Part shown: piece by piece, positions 1-10,147 of the stretch
Numbering within the stretch: position 1 is the stretch's first letter
Layout of the letters: each line of letters starts with the position of its first letter
NCBI GenBank assembly: GCA_964608095.1
Contig: CAZSMK010000026.1
Coordinates: forward strand, 70,664-134,663
Origin: an uncultured Candidatus Sumerlaeota bacterium
GTDB lineage: Bacteria > Sumerlaeota > Sumerlaeia > MWCT01 > JAGHBZ01
Direction: 5' to 3'
Length of the DNA: 64,000 nucleotides
Made by a program: the position numbers and the translations under genes
The notes under the pieces: model-generated
What the model was told of the DNA's origin: nothing
Seen by the model: only the letters and a program-made list of their open reading frames with translations
Database searches by the model: none

Positions 1-14
1 AGGCGCTTGGCAAA

Positions 15-656
15 TTGAAGGAAAGCCTCAGCCATAGGACGTTGTTCCATAACCGATTGATTAAAAATCAAATCGAGAAACAAATTGCCTTAATTCACGA
101 GAAGATCGAAGAAAGCAAACGCCTCGAAAAACGTCTAACAGAGATTTTGAAGGGGCTCGCTGGTGAAGCGGAAATAAGGTCATACCTCGAACAACATATC
201 ATGGCTCTTTCCGAAACATTGGAAGATTTACGCGCAGAACCGGAGAAGAACCGGAAGAATATCGAGAACGCGGAAGCGGAATTACGTGAATGGGAACTCA
301 TGGCAAACGCTCTCGATGCTTATGAAGACAAAGGTATAGAGGAAGTTGTCTCCATTCTCATTCGTCCGGAAACACCTATTCCGCCATATCCTCCTGAGGA
401 TATTTCCGAACCCACCTCGGAGAAGTGGTCATCCCGGATGAAACATCCCTTCATTTACAGCCGCCTTGATCGTCGGCTTGCGCGTATGGAAGAAGAAATA
501 CATTTTCTCGAGCAGCAGCTCGACCGGCTGGAGCAACAGATCAAGTTCATAAGGCAAAATTTGGAAAAATACCCGGCAGGTGACATGCCGGGAGAACCTG
601 AACGAAAAATGGGGAAACACCAACCACCCCATTTTGATTATCAGCAACCCGACTAA
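15..656 (+). CDS. Coiled-coil hypothetical protein. The frame is open to the window edge, so the gene may be 5'-truncated by the window.
   Basis: 213-aa ORF rich in heptad-like E/K/L/R repeats (LEQQLDRLEQQIKF). It starts on TTG at 15, and there is no in-frame stop between position 3 and 15. Confidence 0.4.
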   Translation: MKESLSHRTLFHNRLIKNQIEKQIALIHEKIEESKRLEKRLTEILKGLAGEAEIRSYLEQHIMALSETLEDLRAEPEKNRKNIENAEAELREWELMANALDAYEDKGIEEVVSILIRPETPIPPYPPEDISEPTSEKWSSRMKHPFIYSRLDRRLARMEEEIHFLEQQLDRLEQQIKFIRQNLEKYPAGDMPGEPERKMGKHQPPHFDYQQPD

Positions 657-676
657 AAAGGACCGCGCTCTCAGGT

Positions 677-2434
677 TCAATGAGTAACCGGCGCACGGGC
701 AGGCCATTCCTTTTCAAACTCGGGCCCTGTTTTATAGAGGGCAAGTAAAGGAACGGAATGAAGCGAGACGACTTTAGTCGGGGTGTAGTGTTCAAAAAGG
801 TAGGACTCGGGTCGCGCAAAAAAGCCACGCCTGATCAACAATAAATGATAATCATAAGGTGGAGGGGCATCGATAACGATATCGTTTCGCAACATTCCCC
901 ACTCCTGGAAATATTGAAATACTTTTTCATGTAACGCTAGGAGTTTAAGCTTAGCTCCTTCGGGCAGGGTTACGTTCATATAATCAAGCATTTCCTTATT
1001 TACGACTTCACCCCAGTAAGTGGTTTCAAATCCCGCGCCATACGCTCCCTTGACTCCACCCACAAGTGAATTGAAGAAACTCAAGTAATAAGGGTGATAC
1101 TTAACGAGTGAAATTGTTCCATTCAACGTAACCAATATGAGTATTACGAGCGCCATGGTGCGTGACACCTTTTTTCGACTTTCTTTTTGCGTGCGCACCC
1201 ATGTCGTGATGCCGTTTACGAACCATCGTAATCCCAGCCCGGCAATAAGCGCCAAAAAAGGAAATGCAGTTAAGAAAAGGCGAACCCCGTCGTAAACGGG
1301 AACGCCCGGTAACGACGAAATCAAGAGGGGGAAAAATGCCATGGCGAGTATCAGCGCGACTTTGCCGTCTTTTACATGTTGGACACTCGAAACAATTCCC
1401 ACCAGCAGCAGAAAAAGCGTGAGAATAGGTAGTGTAATTGCCGTCATCACCCACGGATAGTGCCAGGGAACATGAATCCCGCCCGGAAGATATCTGACAC
1501 CCATATAAAGGAGCGAATTTTGTTTGTGTGTCGCGAAGAACGCAAGATATTCAAGTATTCTCAATACGGTATTGTGCCAGAAGTAAGGTGAAACAAGTAT
1601 CATAACCACCGGAGACACGACGATGAGGAAAAACAGTGTGTGGACACATTTTCGAGACCAGAAAAGATACCCCACCACGATAAGAACAGGGAACATGAGG
1701 ATACAATTAATTCTGGTTGCGAGGGCAAGCCCTGCAGCGACAGCGGTCAAGACCGCCCACCATCTTTTCTCGGTCGTCATGCTTTTCAAGAAAAGCCAAA
1801 CCGTGAGCAGGGTGAAGAAGACAGCGAAGGTCTCCGTGGCGGCGATATGCGCATGCCCGAACACACGGGGCATTAACCAATACAGTAGCGTTGAACTCAG
1901 CGCAACAAACCTGCCGCCTGCCTGAAATCCGATGAGGTACACCAGGACAAGCGAAAGAGAAAATGCCATTATGGTGATCATGCGCATTCCATGATAATGA
2001 CCAAAGAGACTGGAAAAGAGGGTGGCGCTCCAACCGAGAAGAAACTTACTCACCGCGGGCAATTCACTAAGCCCGGTCCAATAGAGATCAATAGTATCCT
2101 GCCTGAACGCTTCTACAGGCGCTTGTAATAATTCTCCGACCCATACCATGGCATCGTGTGCAGGTTGATAATAATATGCTTCGTCCCAGGAAAATCCTAT
2201 ACCACGCAGTGTCACAAACACAGACGAGAGTGAAAGAACAATGATACAGAGAATCAAGAGAAGATCGAGCCAGCTCGATTGCGTTTGAGGGGTGGTTTTT
2301 ACCGGCGCGGTATGTTCTTTCGGTGGTGAGACAAAGGGGTCCCACATCGTTTCAGAGGGGATGGGTTCCTCACTCTTCAGGGGTATCTCAAGGATCAAAT
2401 CCTCTTCTTCAAATTCGTTGTTATCGGACGTCAT
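677..2434 (-). CDS. Polytopic membrane glycosyltransferase, GT39 / ArnT / PMT-like (undecaprenyl- or dolichyl-phosphate-sugar dependent)
   Basis: 585 aa with more than 10 predicted TM helices, followed by a C-terminal soluble domain. The overall architecture and loop motifs resemble ArnT/PMT_2-family transferases. It is tightly stacked behind recJ. Confidence 0.5.
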   Translation of the reverse strand: MTSDNNEFEEEDLILEIPLKSEEPIPSETMWDPFVSPPKEHTAPVKTTPQTQSSWLDLLLILCIIVLSLSSVFVTLRGIGFSWDEAYYYQPAHDAMVWVGELLQAPVEAFRQDTIDLYWTGLSELPAVSKFLLGWSATLFSSLFGHYHGMRMITIMAFSLSLVLVYLIGFQAGGRFVALSSTLLYWLMPRVFGHAHIAATETFAVFFTLLTVWLFLKSMTTEKRWWAVLTAVAAGLALATRINCILMFPVLIVVGYLFWSRKCVHTLFFLIVVSPVVMILVSPYFWHNTVLRILEYLAFFATHKQNSLLYMGVRYLPGGIHVPWHYPWVMTAITLPILTLFLLLVGIVSSVQHVKDGKVALILAMAFFPLLISSLPGVPVYDGVRLFLTAFPFLALIAGLGLRWFVNGITTWVRTQKESRKKVSRTMALVILILVTLNGTISLVKYHPYYLSFFNSLVGGVKGAYGAGFETTYWGEVVNKEMLDYMNVTLPEGAKLKLLALHEKVFQYFQEWGMLRNDIVIDAPPPYDYHLLLIRRGFFARPESYLFEHYTPTKVVSLHSVPLLALYKTGPEFEKEWPARAPVTH

Positions 2435-2440
2435 GCGATT

Positions 2441-4177
2441 CTATACCTTGATATCTATGAGCTTCATCTCGACGCTTGTCCGGTTGTTCCATTCGTTGAC
2501 GATCGGTACAAACGCAACATTAATACGCCTCCGTTTGAAACATTTTGCGAGGTCGTGAGCGAGGACACCCATGTCAAATCCAATTGCAGATAAGGTCGCT
2601 TCACCTTCAGAGAGAAGAAGTTTAAGATGTTTTTTTCCGACGATCCGTGGCGGTTCAAGCATAAAGACATCCTTCATCATAAAAACCGGCGAAGGATTCC
2701 CTTCTCCAAAAGGTTCAAGATCCCCCAGGGATTCCGTAAGTTGCATATCCAGTTCTCCCGGTGAGATTACCGCATCTATATCAAGCGCCTTGTCGGAACA
2801 TATTTGATCGATTCGTTCCAGGGCGTATTGATTGATGGCCGTGCGAAATGCATCAATCTGCTCCTCATAGAGCCTGACCCCGCACGCCCTGTGATGACCG
2901 CCGAAGCCCAGGAGAAGGTCCCGGCACGAATCAAGCGCCTCTAAAATTGAAAAAATGCCGTAGGATCTTCCGCTCCCACGTGCAACTCCGTCATGTATGT
3001 TGAAAAGAAAAACCGGTCGACAATATCGTTCCGCCAGGTTACCCGCAACGAGACCGAGCAAGCCTTCATGCCATCCCTCGTTCGCCGCGACAATTATCGG
3101 CTGTTTATCAAGCAGGAGGGTGGATTCGATAAGAGACTCCGATTGTACTCGAATGCCGTTCCCCAGGCGATGCCTACGATCATTGAGGCGGTTGAGCTGG
3201 CGCGCGAGCCCTTCCGCTTCCGAACGGTCGTCTGTGAGAAGCAGGTCCAATGCGAGGGAAGCGTGAGCGGTTCTGCCTGCCGCGTTTATGCGGGGCGCAA
3301 GAACAAATGCTACGTCGACGCTACTTATACGTCTTTGGGTGATTCGGCTCGCTTCGATCAGATACGACAATCCAAGATTCGACGTGTGGTTCAAGATGTC
3401 GAGTCCCGCACGGGCAAGACGTCGATTCTCACCCGTTAAAGGTACAACGTCCGCTATTGTACCAAGCGCGACAAGATCGAGATTTTCGGTCAAAAATTCT
3501 TCTGCTCTCGAGGATGGTATCTTCATCGCTTCGCAGAGTGCGGTAATTAATTTGTACGCCACACCCACACCCGATAAGGCGGAAAAAGGATACTCGCAAT
3601 CGTGCCGCGCCGGATTGACTATTGCCAGGGCGTTCGGTAACTGCTCTTTTACCTGGTGGTGATCCGTGATGATGACCTCTAATCCGAGCGAGCGTGCATA
3701 GTCTACCTCCTCTATGGCGGTGGCGCCCGTATCCACGGTCAGGATGAGGTCAAAGCCTGTCTGTGCAATCTTTTTCAGTGCGTCGCGATTTAATCCATAC
3801 CCTTCGTCCACGCGATGCGGAATGTAAAAGCCCGCATCGATCCCGCTCATTCGGAAAAAGCGCAACAGAATCGCCGTCGCAGAAATGCCGTCGGCATCAT
3901 AGTCGCCGTACACACAGATTTTTTTGCCATCATCGATTGCCTTGATCAGATGATGCACCGCGCGTTCCATATCCTTCATGCGCCATGGATCAAAGAAGCC
4001 GCCGGCATCAGAGACCTCGAGAAAATCCCGTGCCATGTGTATATCACGTAGCCCACGCGCCACAAGAATTCGCGCAACTATCGGATTGATTCCCAATTCA
4101 CTGGCAAGATGTGCCGCATGACGGGGACAGTAGTCCCTTACTTCCCATTTTCTGTTATTAAGACTCTTTTCCGACAA
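2441..4177 (-). CDS. recJ: Single-stranded-DNA-specific exonuclease RecJ
   Basis: 578 aa with DHH-family motifs (VYGDYDADG, TDHHQ) and the DHHA1 region. Length and order are typical of RecJ. Confidence 0.85.
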   Translation of the reverse strand: MSEKSLNNRKWEVRDYCPRHAAHLASELGINPIVARILVARGLRDIHMARDFLEVSDAGGFFDPWRMKDMERAVHHLIKAIDDGKKICVYGDYDADGISATAILLRFFRMSGIDAGFYIPHRVDEGYGLNRDALKKIAQTGFDLILTVDTGATAIEEVDYARSLGLEVIITDHHQVKEQLPNALAIVNPARHDCEYPFSALSGVGVAYKLITALCEAMKIPSSRAEEFLTENLDLVALGTIADVVPLTGENRRLARAGLDILNHTSNLGLSYLIEASRITQRRISSVDVAFVLAPRINAAGRTAHASLALDLLLTDDRSEAEGLARQLNRLNDRRHRLGNGIRVQSESLIESTLLLDKQPIIVAANEGWHEGLLGLVAGNLAERYCRPVFLFNIHDGVARGSGRSYGIFSILEALDSCRDLLLGFGGHHRACGVRLYEEQIDAFRTAINQYALERIDQICSDKALDIDAVISPGELDMQLTESLGDLEPFGEGNPSPVFMMKDVFMLEPPRIVGKKHLKLLLSEGEATLSAIGFDMGVLAHDLAKCFKRRRINVAFVPIVNEWNNRTSVEMKLIDIKV

Positions 4178-4206
4178 CGCTAAAAAATCCTCCGGAACAG
4201 GTATAG

Positions 4207-5100
4207 TTAATGTCTCACATACGTAAGTGAAAAATCCACTGCCGGCGCGGAATGTGTCAATGCTCCAATAGAAACCCTGCGGACACCCACACGGGCAAGA
4301 TGGCGCATTTTTCGGAGCGTTACACCCCCGGAGATTTCCAGCTCCGGTTTGGGTGCGCTTCCAACGATAGCTAACGCACGCCTGATCTGGTCAAGGCGCA
4401 TATTGTCGAGAAGAACCAGATCGACATTCAACGCCATCAACTGACGAAGCTCTTTTATTGAACGAGCTTCAACGCCGATAGGTATTTTTTGCCTTTGCGA
4501 TGAACAAAATTCTTTTGCCCGCTCCACCGCTTCCTTGATTCCGCCACATGCGTCGATGTGATTATCCTTGATCAATATCATATCGTAAAGTCCAAAACGA
4601 TGATTGTATCCGCCTCCTGTGCGGACGGCATATTTTTCAAACCTTCGCCAGAGAGGAGTTGTTTTTCGTGTATCGAAGATTTTGAGTCGATGCGGCGCAA
4701 CTTCCTCGACAAACCGACGTGTAAAAGTGGCGATGCCAGAAAGGCGCTGAAGAAAATTCAGCGCGACTCGTTCTGCCGAGAGAAGCGACCTGATACGACC
4801 ACGTAGTGTTGCCACTCGATCGCCATTGTGTACCCTATCGCCGTCTTGTTTATGAAACTCGACTTTTGTGGAATTGTTCACAAGGGTAAAGACTCGGGCG
4901 AACACATCCAACCCGCACAATATACCCCGTTGTCCGGCGTGGAGAACACACGTCCCTCTCTGAGCAGCTGGAATGGTGGACATGCTGGTCACGTCCCCGG
5001 AACCGATATCCTCCTCGAGGGCTTTACGCAAGAGGCTTGTTTCCTCTTTGCTGATTTTCATACGCGGTCTCCCGCTTGATCCTCCACACATGACTTGCAA
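4207..5100 (-). CDS. nadC: Nicotinate-nucleotide pyrophosphorylase (quinolinate phosphoribosyltransferase)
   Basis: The N-terminal LRKALEEDIGSGDVTS matches the NadC signature, as do central RK.T and GG.NHR motifs. The true start is likely the internal MKISKEE near 5061. Confidence 0.85.
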   Translation of the reverse strand: MQVMCGGSSGRPRMKISKEETSLLRKALEEDIGSGDVTSMSTIPAAQRGTCVLHAGQRGILCGLDVFARVFTLVNNSTKVEFHKQDGDRVHNGDRVATLRGRIRSLLSAERVALNFLQRLSGIATFTRRFVEEVAPHRLKIFDTRKTTPLWRRFEKYAVRTGGGYNHRFGLYDMILIKDNHIDACGGIKEAVERAKEFCSSQRQKIPIGVEARSIKELRQLMALNVDLVLLDNMRLDQIRRALAIVGSAPKPELEISGGVTLRKMRHLARVGVRRVSIGALTHSAPAVDFSLTYVRH

Positions 5101-5238
5101 ACTATAAAAAATTATTCTCCTTCACGTGAGAACAATCAAATACTTTTCTCAAGGTTGATGCTTTTTACTTGTATGGGTCGCGCCGCTGCTTGACAATACA
5201 CTTTCAAAATTCTACCAGACGATTGGATTGAAATATCG

Positions 5239-5985
5239 ATGAAGATAGATTGTTCGCTTACCTATAACTTTATTGACGAAAATAAGATCAAAGACCAAGT
5301 TGCTGTAGTTATTGATGTGCTCAGGGCAACGACCGTTATCATCACTGCTCTTCAGCGTGGTTGCCCGTGGATTCGTCCGGTATCGAGTATAGATGAGGCG
5401 AAGCACATGAGCGAGAAGTTCGCCCGGCAAAAACCTCTCCTCAACGGTGAGCGAAACGGTTTGAAAATTGACGGATTCGATCTTGACAACTCTCCCCGTG
5501 CAATGACAACAGACGTAATCGGCCAACGCCCCCTCATTATGACAACGAGTAACGGCACAACTGCAATCACACGCTGTACAGACGCCCGAAAGATATTCAT
5601 CGGCGCGTTCATCAACATGAAATCCCTGGTCGAACGCCTTACCGATTACGATAACGTCCTTCTTGTCTGTTCGGGCACACTGGGCGAGGTCTCTCTTGAA
5701 GACACTGCGTGCGCGGGTGCAATAATCAGCCATCTACAGAATCTCCAGAGAGAAATTGAATTAACCGACGCCGCCCGGATTGCGCGTATTGTCTATTCTC
5801 AGTATCGAGATGACCTTGCGGAGATGATGAAGCACGTTTCTTCTCACGGACGGAGGCTTATGGAACTTGGCTTTGAAGGCGATATCGAGTATGCTGTACG
5901 CATGAACCAGATCCCCTTAGTACCTTATCTCGAGAAGACAACCCTTTTTTTGAAAGCAGACATACCGGACACATCCCTTACCTGA
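5239..5985 (+). CDS. comB: 2-phosphosulfolactate phosphatase family protein (ComB-like)
   Basis: VVIDVLRATT near the N-terminus is the ComB-family hallmark. 248 aa. Confidence 0.7.
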   Translation: MKIDCSLTYNFIDENKIKDQVAVVIDVLRATTVIITALQRGCPWIRPVSSIDEAKHMSEKFARQKPLLNGERNGLKIDGFDLDNSPRAMTTDVIGQRPLIMTTSNGTTAITRCTDARKIFIGAFINMKSLVERLTDYDNVLLVCSGTLGEVSLEDTACAGAIISHLQNLQREIELTDAARIARIVYSQYRDDLAEMMKHVSSHGRRLMELGFEGDIEYAVRMNQIPLVPYLEKTTLFLKADIPDTSLT

Positions 5986-6349
5986 TCTCGAACGATTACA
6001 TTAACCGGGATTTGGCATACATAATCGCAAGCGATTTATCATTAACAGGAATAGATTTACAGGACTGGTCACTCGACTTGTTTCACCCGCTTACTTCGAT
6101 TTACCACAGCGATCTCAGCACAGGCAGTCCCGATTCTTCCACAACGACTTCAATAGCACACGCGCCTGAGCGCGCACTCTCAGGCATGTCCGTGCGCGTG
6201 CGCGTACAACGATTTTGCATTCTTCCCGAGATGCACGGAAAGCCTATCGGCATATCGGCGTGGAGTGAAGGCGTAGCCGAGGAGTATTGAGTTCCCCCTC
6301 AGGGTACGGATTTGGCATCACCAAATTCTGTAGAAAAAACAAACAAAAC

Positions 6350-8062
6350 TTAATCTGTAGGCACTATCCGCTCGATATCCGATTCAGTAAGGTTGAGTTT
6401 CATACCCTCACTTGTCTCGATTATGACTTGCTGCCTGACACGGGTCGTAACCTTTCCCTGAATCACGTTTCCGTTGGTCAGATAGATGGTATCCCATTTC
6501 ACCGGCGTGGATGTAGGGATAACAGGCGTGAGCACAGGAGAAGGTTCTGCTATAGGTGTAGGCGGTGCAACTTCAACCTCTTCTATGGGCGTGGGTTCTG
6601 GAACAACCTCGGGTACATCGGGTTCAAGGGTCGGTGTGGTCGGCTCCTCGAACACTTCTGTCTCAAAAGGCACCGGCTCAACTGTCGGTGACGTCGGCTC
6701 CTCGAACACTTCTGTCTCAACGGGCAAGGCTTCGAGTGTGGGAGTGGTCGGTTCTTCTTCGACGACAGGCGTAACAACCAGCGTTTCCACAGGCGTGACA
6801 ACGGGCGTTTCCTCGGGTTCAGGTGGAACAAAGGTAGGATAAAGGGGCTCGCGAGGCTCGAACACGGTCTGTTTCAGCATCGACATGATCAAGTCGCGAT
6901 CGTCACGAGTGGGGTTCCTATAATTATCGAGAATTATTGCATCGGGAGACATAGCCTGGGCGCTTCTGATTTGACCGATTATGTCATCCGTAAAATTCAT
7001 CTTTCCTGCAATTGAAAACCACCTCTGAGGTTTCCAATCCAGCGATGTGACGAACTTCAACCACCCGTTGAACTTGTCCGCATCCGCGTAGTCGCGCCAG
7101 TGGTTCTTGACGCACACTATATCGACGATTCCTTCTTCAACCCATCGGGGCCAGTCCTGGAGACTTTCGGTGCACACCGGCGTTGTCTTGAATTCATCCA
7201 CACTGACCGGCGGATCGCCTTCAACATTTACCGCTATAATAATTTTTATCTCAGGGTCAGTCGCATGGGCTGCTTCTGTTATTCCACGAACGAGTTCGGT
7301 TAATCTCGAACGACGCCACTCGAGCCATGATTCGTTGTTCGGGGATGGGTTGCCTTCAAAACCCGTTTCCGCCTGGAATAACTTTACGCTTTCCGGATTA
7401 TACCCCCACGAACTCCCCGGATAACATAAACAGTCAAAGTATATCCCTTTGATGGTATAGCGCGATGTGAGTTCCTTTACCATTCCTTCGAGATAGACCT
7501 TAACACCGGGAAGTGCGGGATCGAGGTATGATTGGCGTGATTCGTCGGTCTTTTCGCCGGCGTAAGTAAGCGACAGCCACTCCCCTCTTTTCACGGCTAT
7601 ACTATTTTCAGCGGGAAAAGGATCTACTTTGCCGTCATGCACCTTGAGCACATCAAGCCATGGATAGACTTCAATAATCGGTTCTGTAGGTGGAGAGGGG
7701 AAATGAGCGAGCGTGAGAAGATCACTCAAGGGATCGATATAGTCGGAAGAAATTTTAGGTGACCGAATCTCAGTCCGGGAGATGTAATAGACCGTTCCAT
7801 TCTCCCTGACCTTTGGAACAATGAAGTGAAACCCAGCCTCGCGGGCGTCTTGAATTAATTGCGTCGAGGAACGATGATTGCTAAAATCCCGTCCTTGTGT
7901 CGTGACGAGAAGACCATACATAATCGATTGCGCATCTTTTGCAGGTGTGACCTCTTCTGACCTCACGGATTCGATGGGCAGAATAAGGCACGCCATAAAA
8001 ACGATAACGTAATACATTAAGGTGCTACCCTTGATTTTCTTCATAATCGCATTTCTCCTCAC
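6350..8062 (-). CDS. Secreted glycoside-hydrolase-like family 10 (GHL10/DUF187) protein. It has a Pro/Thr-rich repeat linker and a small C-terminal beta domain.
   Basis: It has a signal peptide. A central region (YFDCLCYP..WLEWRRSRLTELV) resembles GHL10. Three 18-aa repeats (TEVFEEPT(S/T)PT(V/L)EP..) are encoded by a 54-bp DNA tandem repeat. Confidence 0.5.
   Translation of the reverse strand: MRRNAIMKKIKGSTLMYYVIVFMACLILPIESVRSEEVTPAKDAQSIMYGLLVTTQGRDFSNHRSSTQLIQDAREAGFHFIVPKVRENGTVYYISRTEIRSPKISSDYIDPLSDLLTLAHFPSPPTEPIIEVYPWLDVLKVHDGKVDPFPAENSIAVKRGEWLSLTYAGEKTDESRQSYLDPALPGVKVYLEGMVKELTSRYTIKGIYFDCLCYPGSSWGYNPESVKLFQAETGFEGNPSPNNESWLEWRRSRLTELVRGITEAAHATDPEIKIIIAVNVEGDPPVSVDEFKTTPVCTESLQDWPRWVEEGIVDIVCVKNHWRDYADADKFNGWLKFVTSLDWKPQRWFSIAGKMNFTDDIIGQIRSAQAMSPDAIILDNYRNPTRDDRDLIMSMLKQTVFEPREPLYPTFVPPEPEETPVVTPVETLVVTPVVEEEPTTPTLEALPVETEVFEEPTSPTVEPVPFETEVFEEPTTPTLEPDVPEVVPEPTPIEEVEVAPPTPIAEPSPVLTPVIPTSTPVKWDTIYLTNGNVIQGKVTTRVRQQVIIETSEGMKLNLTESDIERIVPTD
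6590..6800. repeat. 54-bp tandem repeat (about 3.5 copies) that encodes the PT-rich linker of the GHL10-like protein
   Basis: The string cggctcctcgaacacttctgtctcaa recurs at 6641 and 6695, and degenerate copies follow. Confidence 0.7.
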
Positions 8063-8193
8063 GGGTTCGTATATTATTATAATTGATATATGATGTTATA
8101 TTTGATTAAAATTAAACCGATGCTTAACGTCAAGCCAAAAAGCCATTCTTTTTGGGTAAGCTCGCTTAATAATTTCAGGAGAATGCGACAGAA

Positions 8194-8706
8194 ATGAAGG
8201 AGCATATAGCATTATATCCGGGAAGTTTTGACGGCGCGACAAATGGACATCTCGATATAATTCAGCGAGCGGCGGCTCATTTTGACAAGGTCGTGGTCGC
8301 TGTCGCCATAAATCGCGAGAAAGGTCCTTTGTTCACTATCGAAGAGCGATTGGAGATGTTGAGAGAGATGACGGCGGACATCCCCGGGGTGGAGGTAACG
8401 AGTTTTGAAGGACTCACCGTTGAATTTGCAAAAAAAATCGGCGCTGATTTTATTATTCGTGGTCTGCGCGCCGTCTCGGACTTCGAATACGAGCTTCAGC
8501 TCGCCCTGATGAACCGGCAACTTGTTGATACTATCGAAACCATCTTTATGGTGCCGTCGGCTAACTTCTCATTCCTGAGTTCGAGTCTGGTAAAGATTGC
8601 AGCGAGTCTCGGTGGCGATATCACTGAATTCGTGCCACCGGCGGTGGAGCGCCGCCTTCGTGATAAATACGAGGCGCAAGGGGGTTCCTCATGCGACCAA
8701 AGATGA
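8194..8706 (+). CDS. coaD: Phosphopantetheine adenylyltransferase
   Basis: YPGSFDGATNGHLDII is the CoaD nucleotidyltransferase motif. 170 aa. Confidence 0.85.
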   Translation: MKEHIALYPGSFDGATNGHLDIIQRAAAHFDKVVVAVAINREKGPLFTIEERLEMLREMTADIPGVEVTSFEGLTVEFAKKIGADFIIRGLRAVSDFEYELQLALMNRQLVDTIETIFMVPSANFSFLSSSLVKIAASLGGDITEFVPPAVERRLRDKYEAQGGSSCDQR

Positions 8707-9497
8707 GAATCGAGAAAATCAAACAGATGAAGGGCACAACGCGGATCGCCATGATGACCGCCTATGATTTCCCCATGGCGAAAATAGTGGACGAAGCCGG
8801 CATCGATATAATCCTGGTCGGCGATTCACTCGGCATGGTCATGCTGGGCTTCGACAGTACATTATATGTTACCATGGATATGATGACGCATCATTGTGCA
8901 GCGGTCAGCCGTGGCGTTACTAACGCATTGGTGGTAGGCGACATGCCGTTCATGAGTTACAAAATCACACCGGAACAGGCGCTCGAGAATGCCGCACGAC
9001 TTATTCAGGAAGGCGGTGTGGAAGCCATAAAAATCGAAGGCGGCGCGGAGATGGCGCACATCACACATCGCCTCGTTGACGCCGGTATCGCCGTCATGGG
9101 TCATATCGGACTGACTCCCCAGTCCATACATCTACTCAGTGGCTACAAAATCCAGGGTAAGGATCACGAGCAGGTCAAAGGACTTCTCGAAGACGCCAAA
9201 GCGCTCGAAGACGCCGGCGCATTCTGCCTCGTGGTCGAAGCGGTACCCGAAGAAGTCGGTAAGTTCATAACCGAGCATGTCTCCATCCCCACCATCGGTA
9301 TCGGGGCGGGACGATTCTGCGATGGGCAGGTTCTCGTTATCAACGATATCCTCGGTCTTACGTTCGGCAAGATACCCAAATTCGCTAAACAATATCGTAA
9401 TCTCAAGGAAGAGATCGCACACGCGGTTCAAGAGTATCTCAAAGACGTCCGTGACAACACATTCCCATCCGAGGATCATTGTTACCACGTGCATTAA
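8691..9497 (+). CDS. panB: 3-methyl-2-oxobutanoate hydroxymethyltransferase
   Basis: The MTAYDFPMAKIVDEAGIDIILVGDSLGMV stretch is classic PanB. It overlaps coaD by 16 nt. Confidence 0.9.
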   Translation: MRPKMRIEKIKQMKGTTRIAMMTAYDFPMAKIVDEAGIDIILVGDSLGMVMLGFDSTLYVTMDMMTHHCAAVSRGVTNALVVGDMPFMSYKITPEQALENAARLIQEGGVEAIKIEGGAEMAHITHRLVDAGIAVMGHIGLTPQSIHLLSGYKIQGKDHEQVKGLLEDAKALEDAGAFCLVVEAVPEEVGKFITEHVSIPTIGIGAGRFCDGQVLVINDILGLTFGKIPKFAKQYRNLKEEIAHAVQEYLKDVRDNTFPSEDHCYHVH

Positions 9498-9527
9498 GTA
9501 TCCTAACTCAACAAAAGAGAGATATCC

Positions 9528-10124
9528 ATGAAACTTGAACGTGTGTTTTTAGATGTCGCGACACAGCAGGATCGCATGATCCCCGGCGGCGCCTACTACG
9601 TACCAGGTGCGGAAACCATCGTGCCACTGCTCCAAAAGTTAAAAGAGTTCGCTGTAAAAAACGATGCGCTTATTATTTCTCCCGTTGATGTCCACAACCT
9701 CGCCGACTCCGAATTCTGCGACCACCCTTCTCATTGCGTGAAGGGTACCCCGGGTCAGGAAAAAATACCGGAAACTCTCGCAGAGAACCGAACCATAGTC
9801 GGCCTCGTAGCGGAATCCGACTTTAACCCAGCCCCCTACCAGCAGATTATTATCTACAAGACCGACTTTGATCCTTTCAGTAATCCGAACCTCGAGGGAA
9901 TTCTTTCAAAACTGCACGTCGAAGAGTTATGTATTTACGGCATTGCTACGGAAGAAGATATAAGAGCAGCCGCCATCGGCGCCGCAGAACGAGGATATCA
10001 CGTCACTGCCTTTAAAGATGCGATAAAAGCCGTAAGAGAAGACGAGGGAGAGAAAGCCATCTTCGAGATGATGGCCCTGGATATTGAAATGATCTCGGCT
10101 CGTGAACTCCTCGAGATGGAGTAG
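9528..10124 (+). CDS. pncA: Isochorismatase-family hydrolase, nicotinamidase (PncA)-like
   Basis: The metal-site pattern D.H...HP.HCVKGTPG is similar to PncA. 198 aa. Sits with the nadC, coaD and panB cofactor cluster. Confidence 0.55.
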   Translation: MKLERVFLDVATQQDRMIPGGAYYVPGAETIVPLLQKLKEFAVKNDALIISPVDVHNLADSEFCDHPSHCVKGTPGQEKIPETLAENRTIVGLVAESDFNPAPYQQIIIYKTDFDPFSNPNLEGILSKLHVEELCIYGIATEEDIRAAAIGAAERGYHVTAFKDAIKAVREDEGEKAIFEMMALDIEMISARELLEME

Positions 10125-10147
10125 CCCGCTATACGACGAAAGCACGT

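Noticed and set aside
1101-2345. Several 85-117-aa ORFs inside the GT39 gene on both strands
   Set aside because: They are embedded in a long, hydrophobic, well-formed membrane-protein frame.
5212-5733. 173-aa ORF antisense to comB
   Set aside because: It lies fully inside the well-supported comB-like frame. It is Cys/Arg-rich with low complexity and typical of a shadow ORF.
6486-6842. 118-aa Gly/Ser/Thr-rich ORF on the + strand
   Set aside because: It is the mirror-strand translation of the PT-repeat region of the GHL10-like gene.
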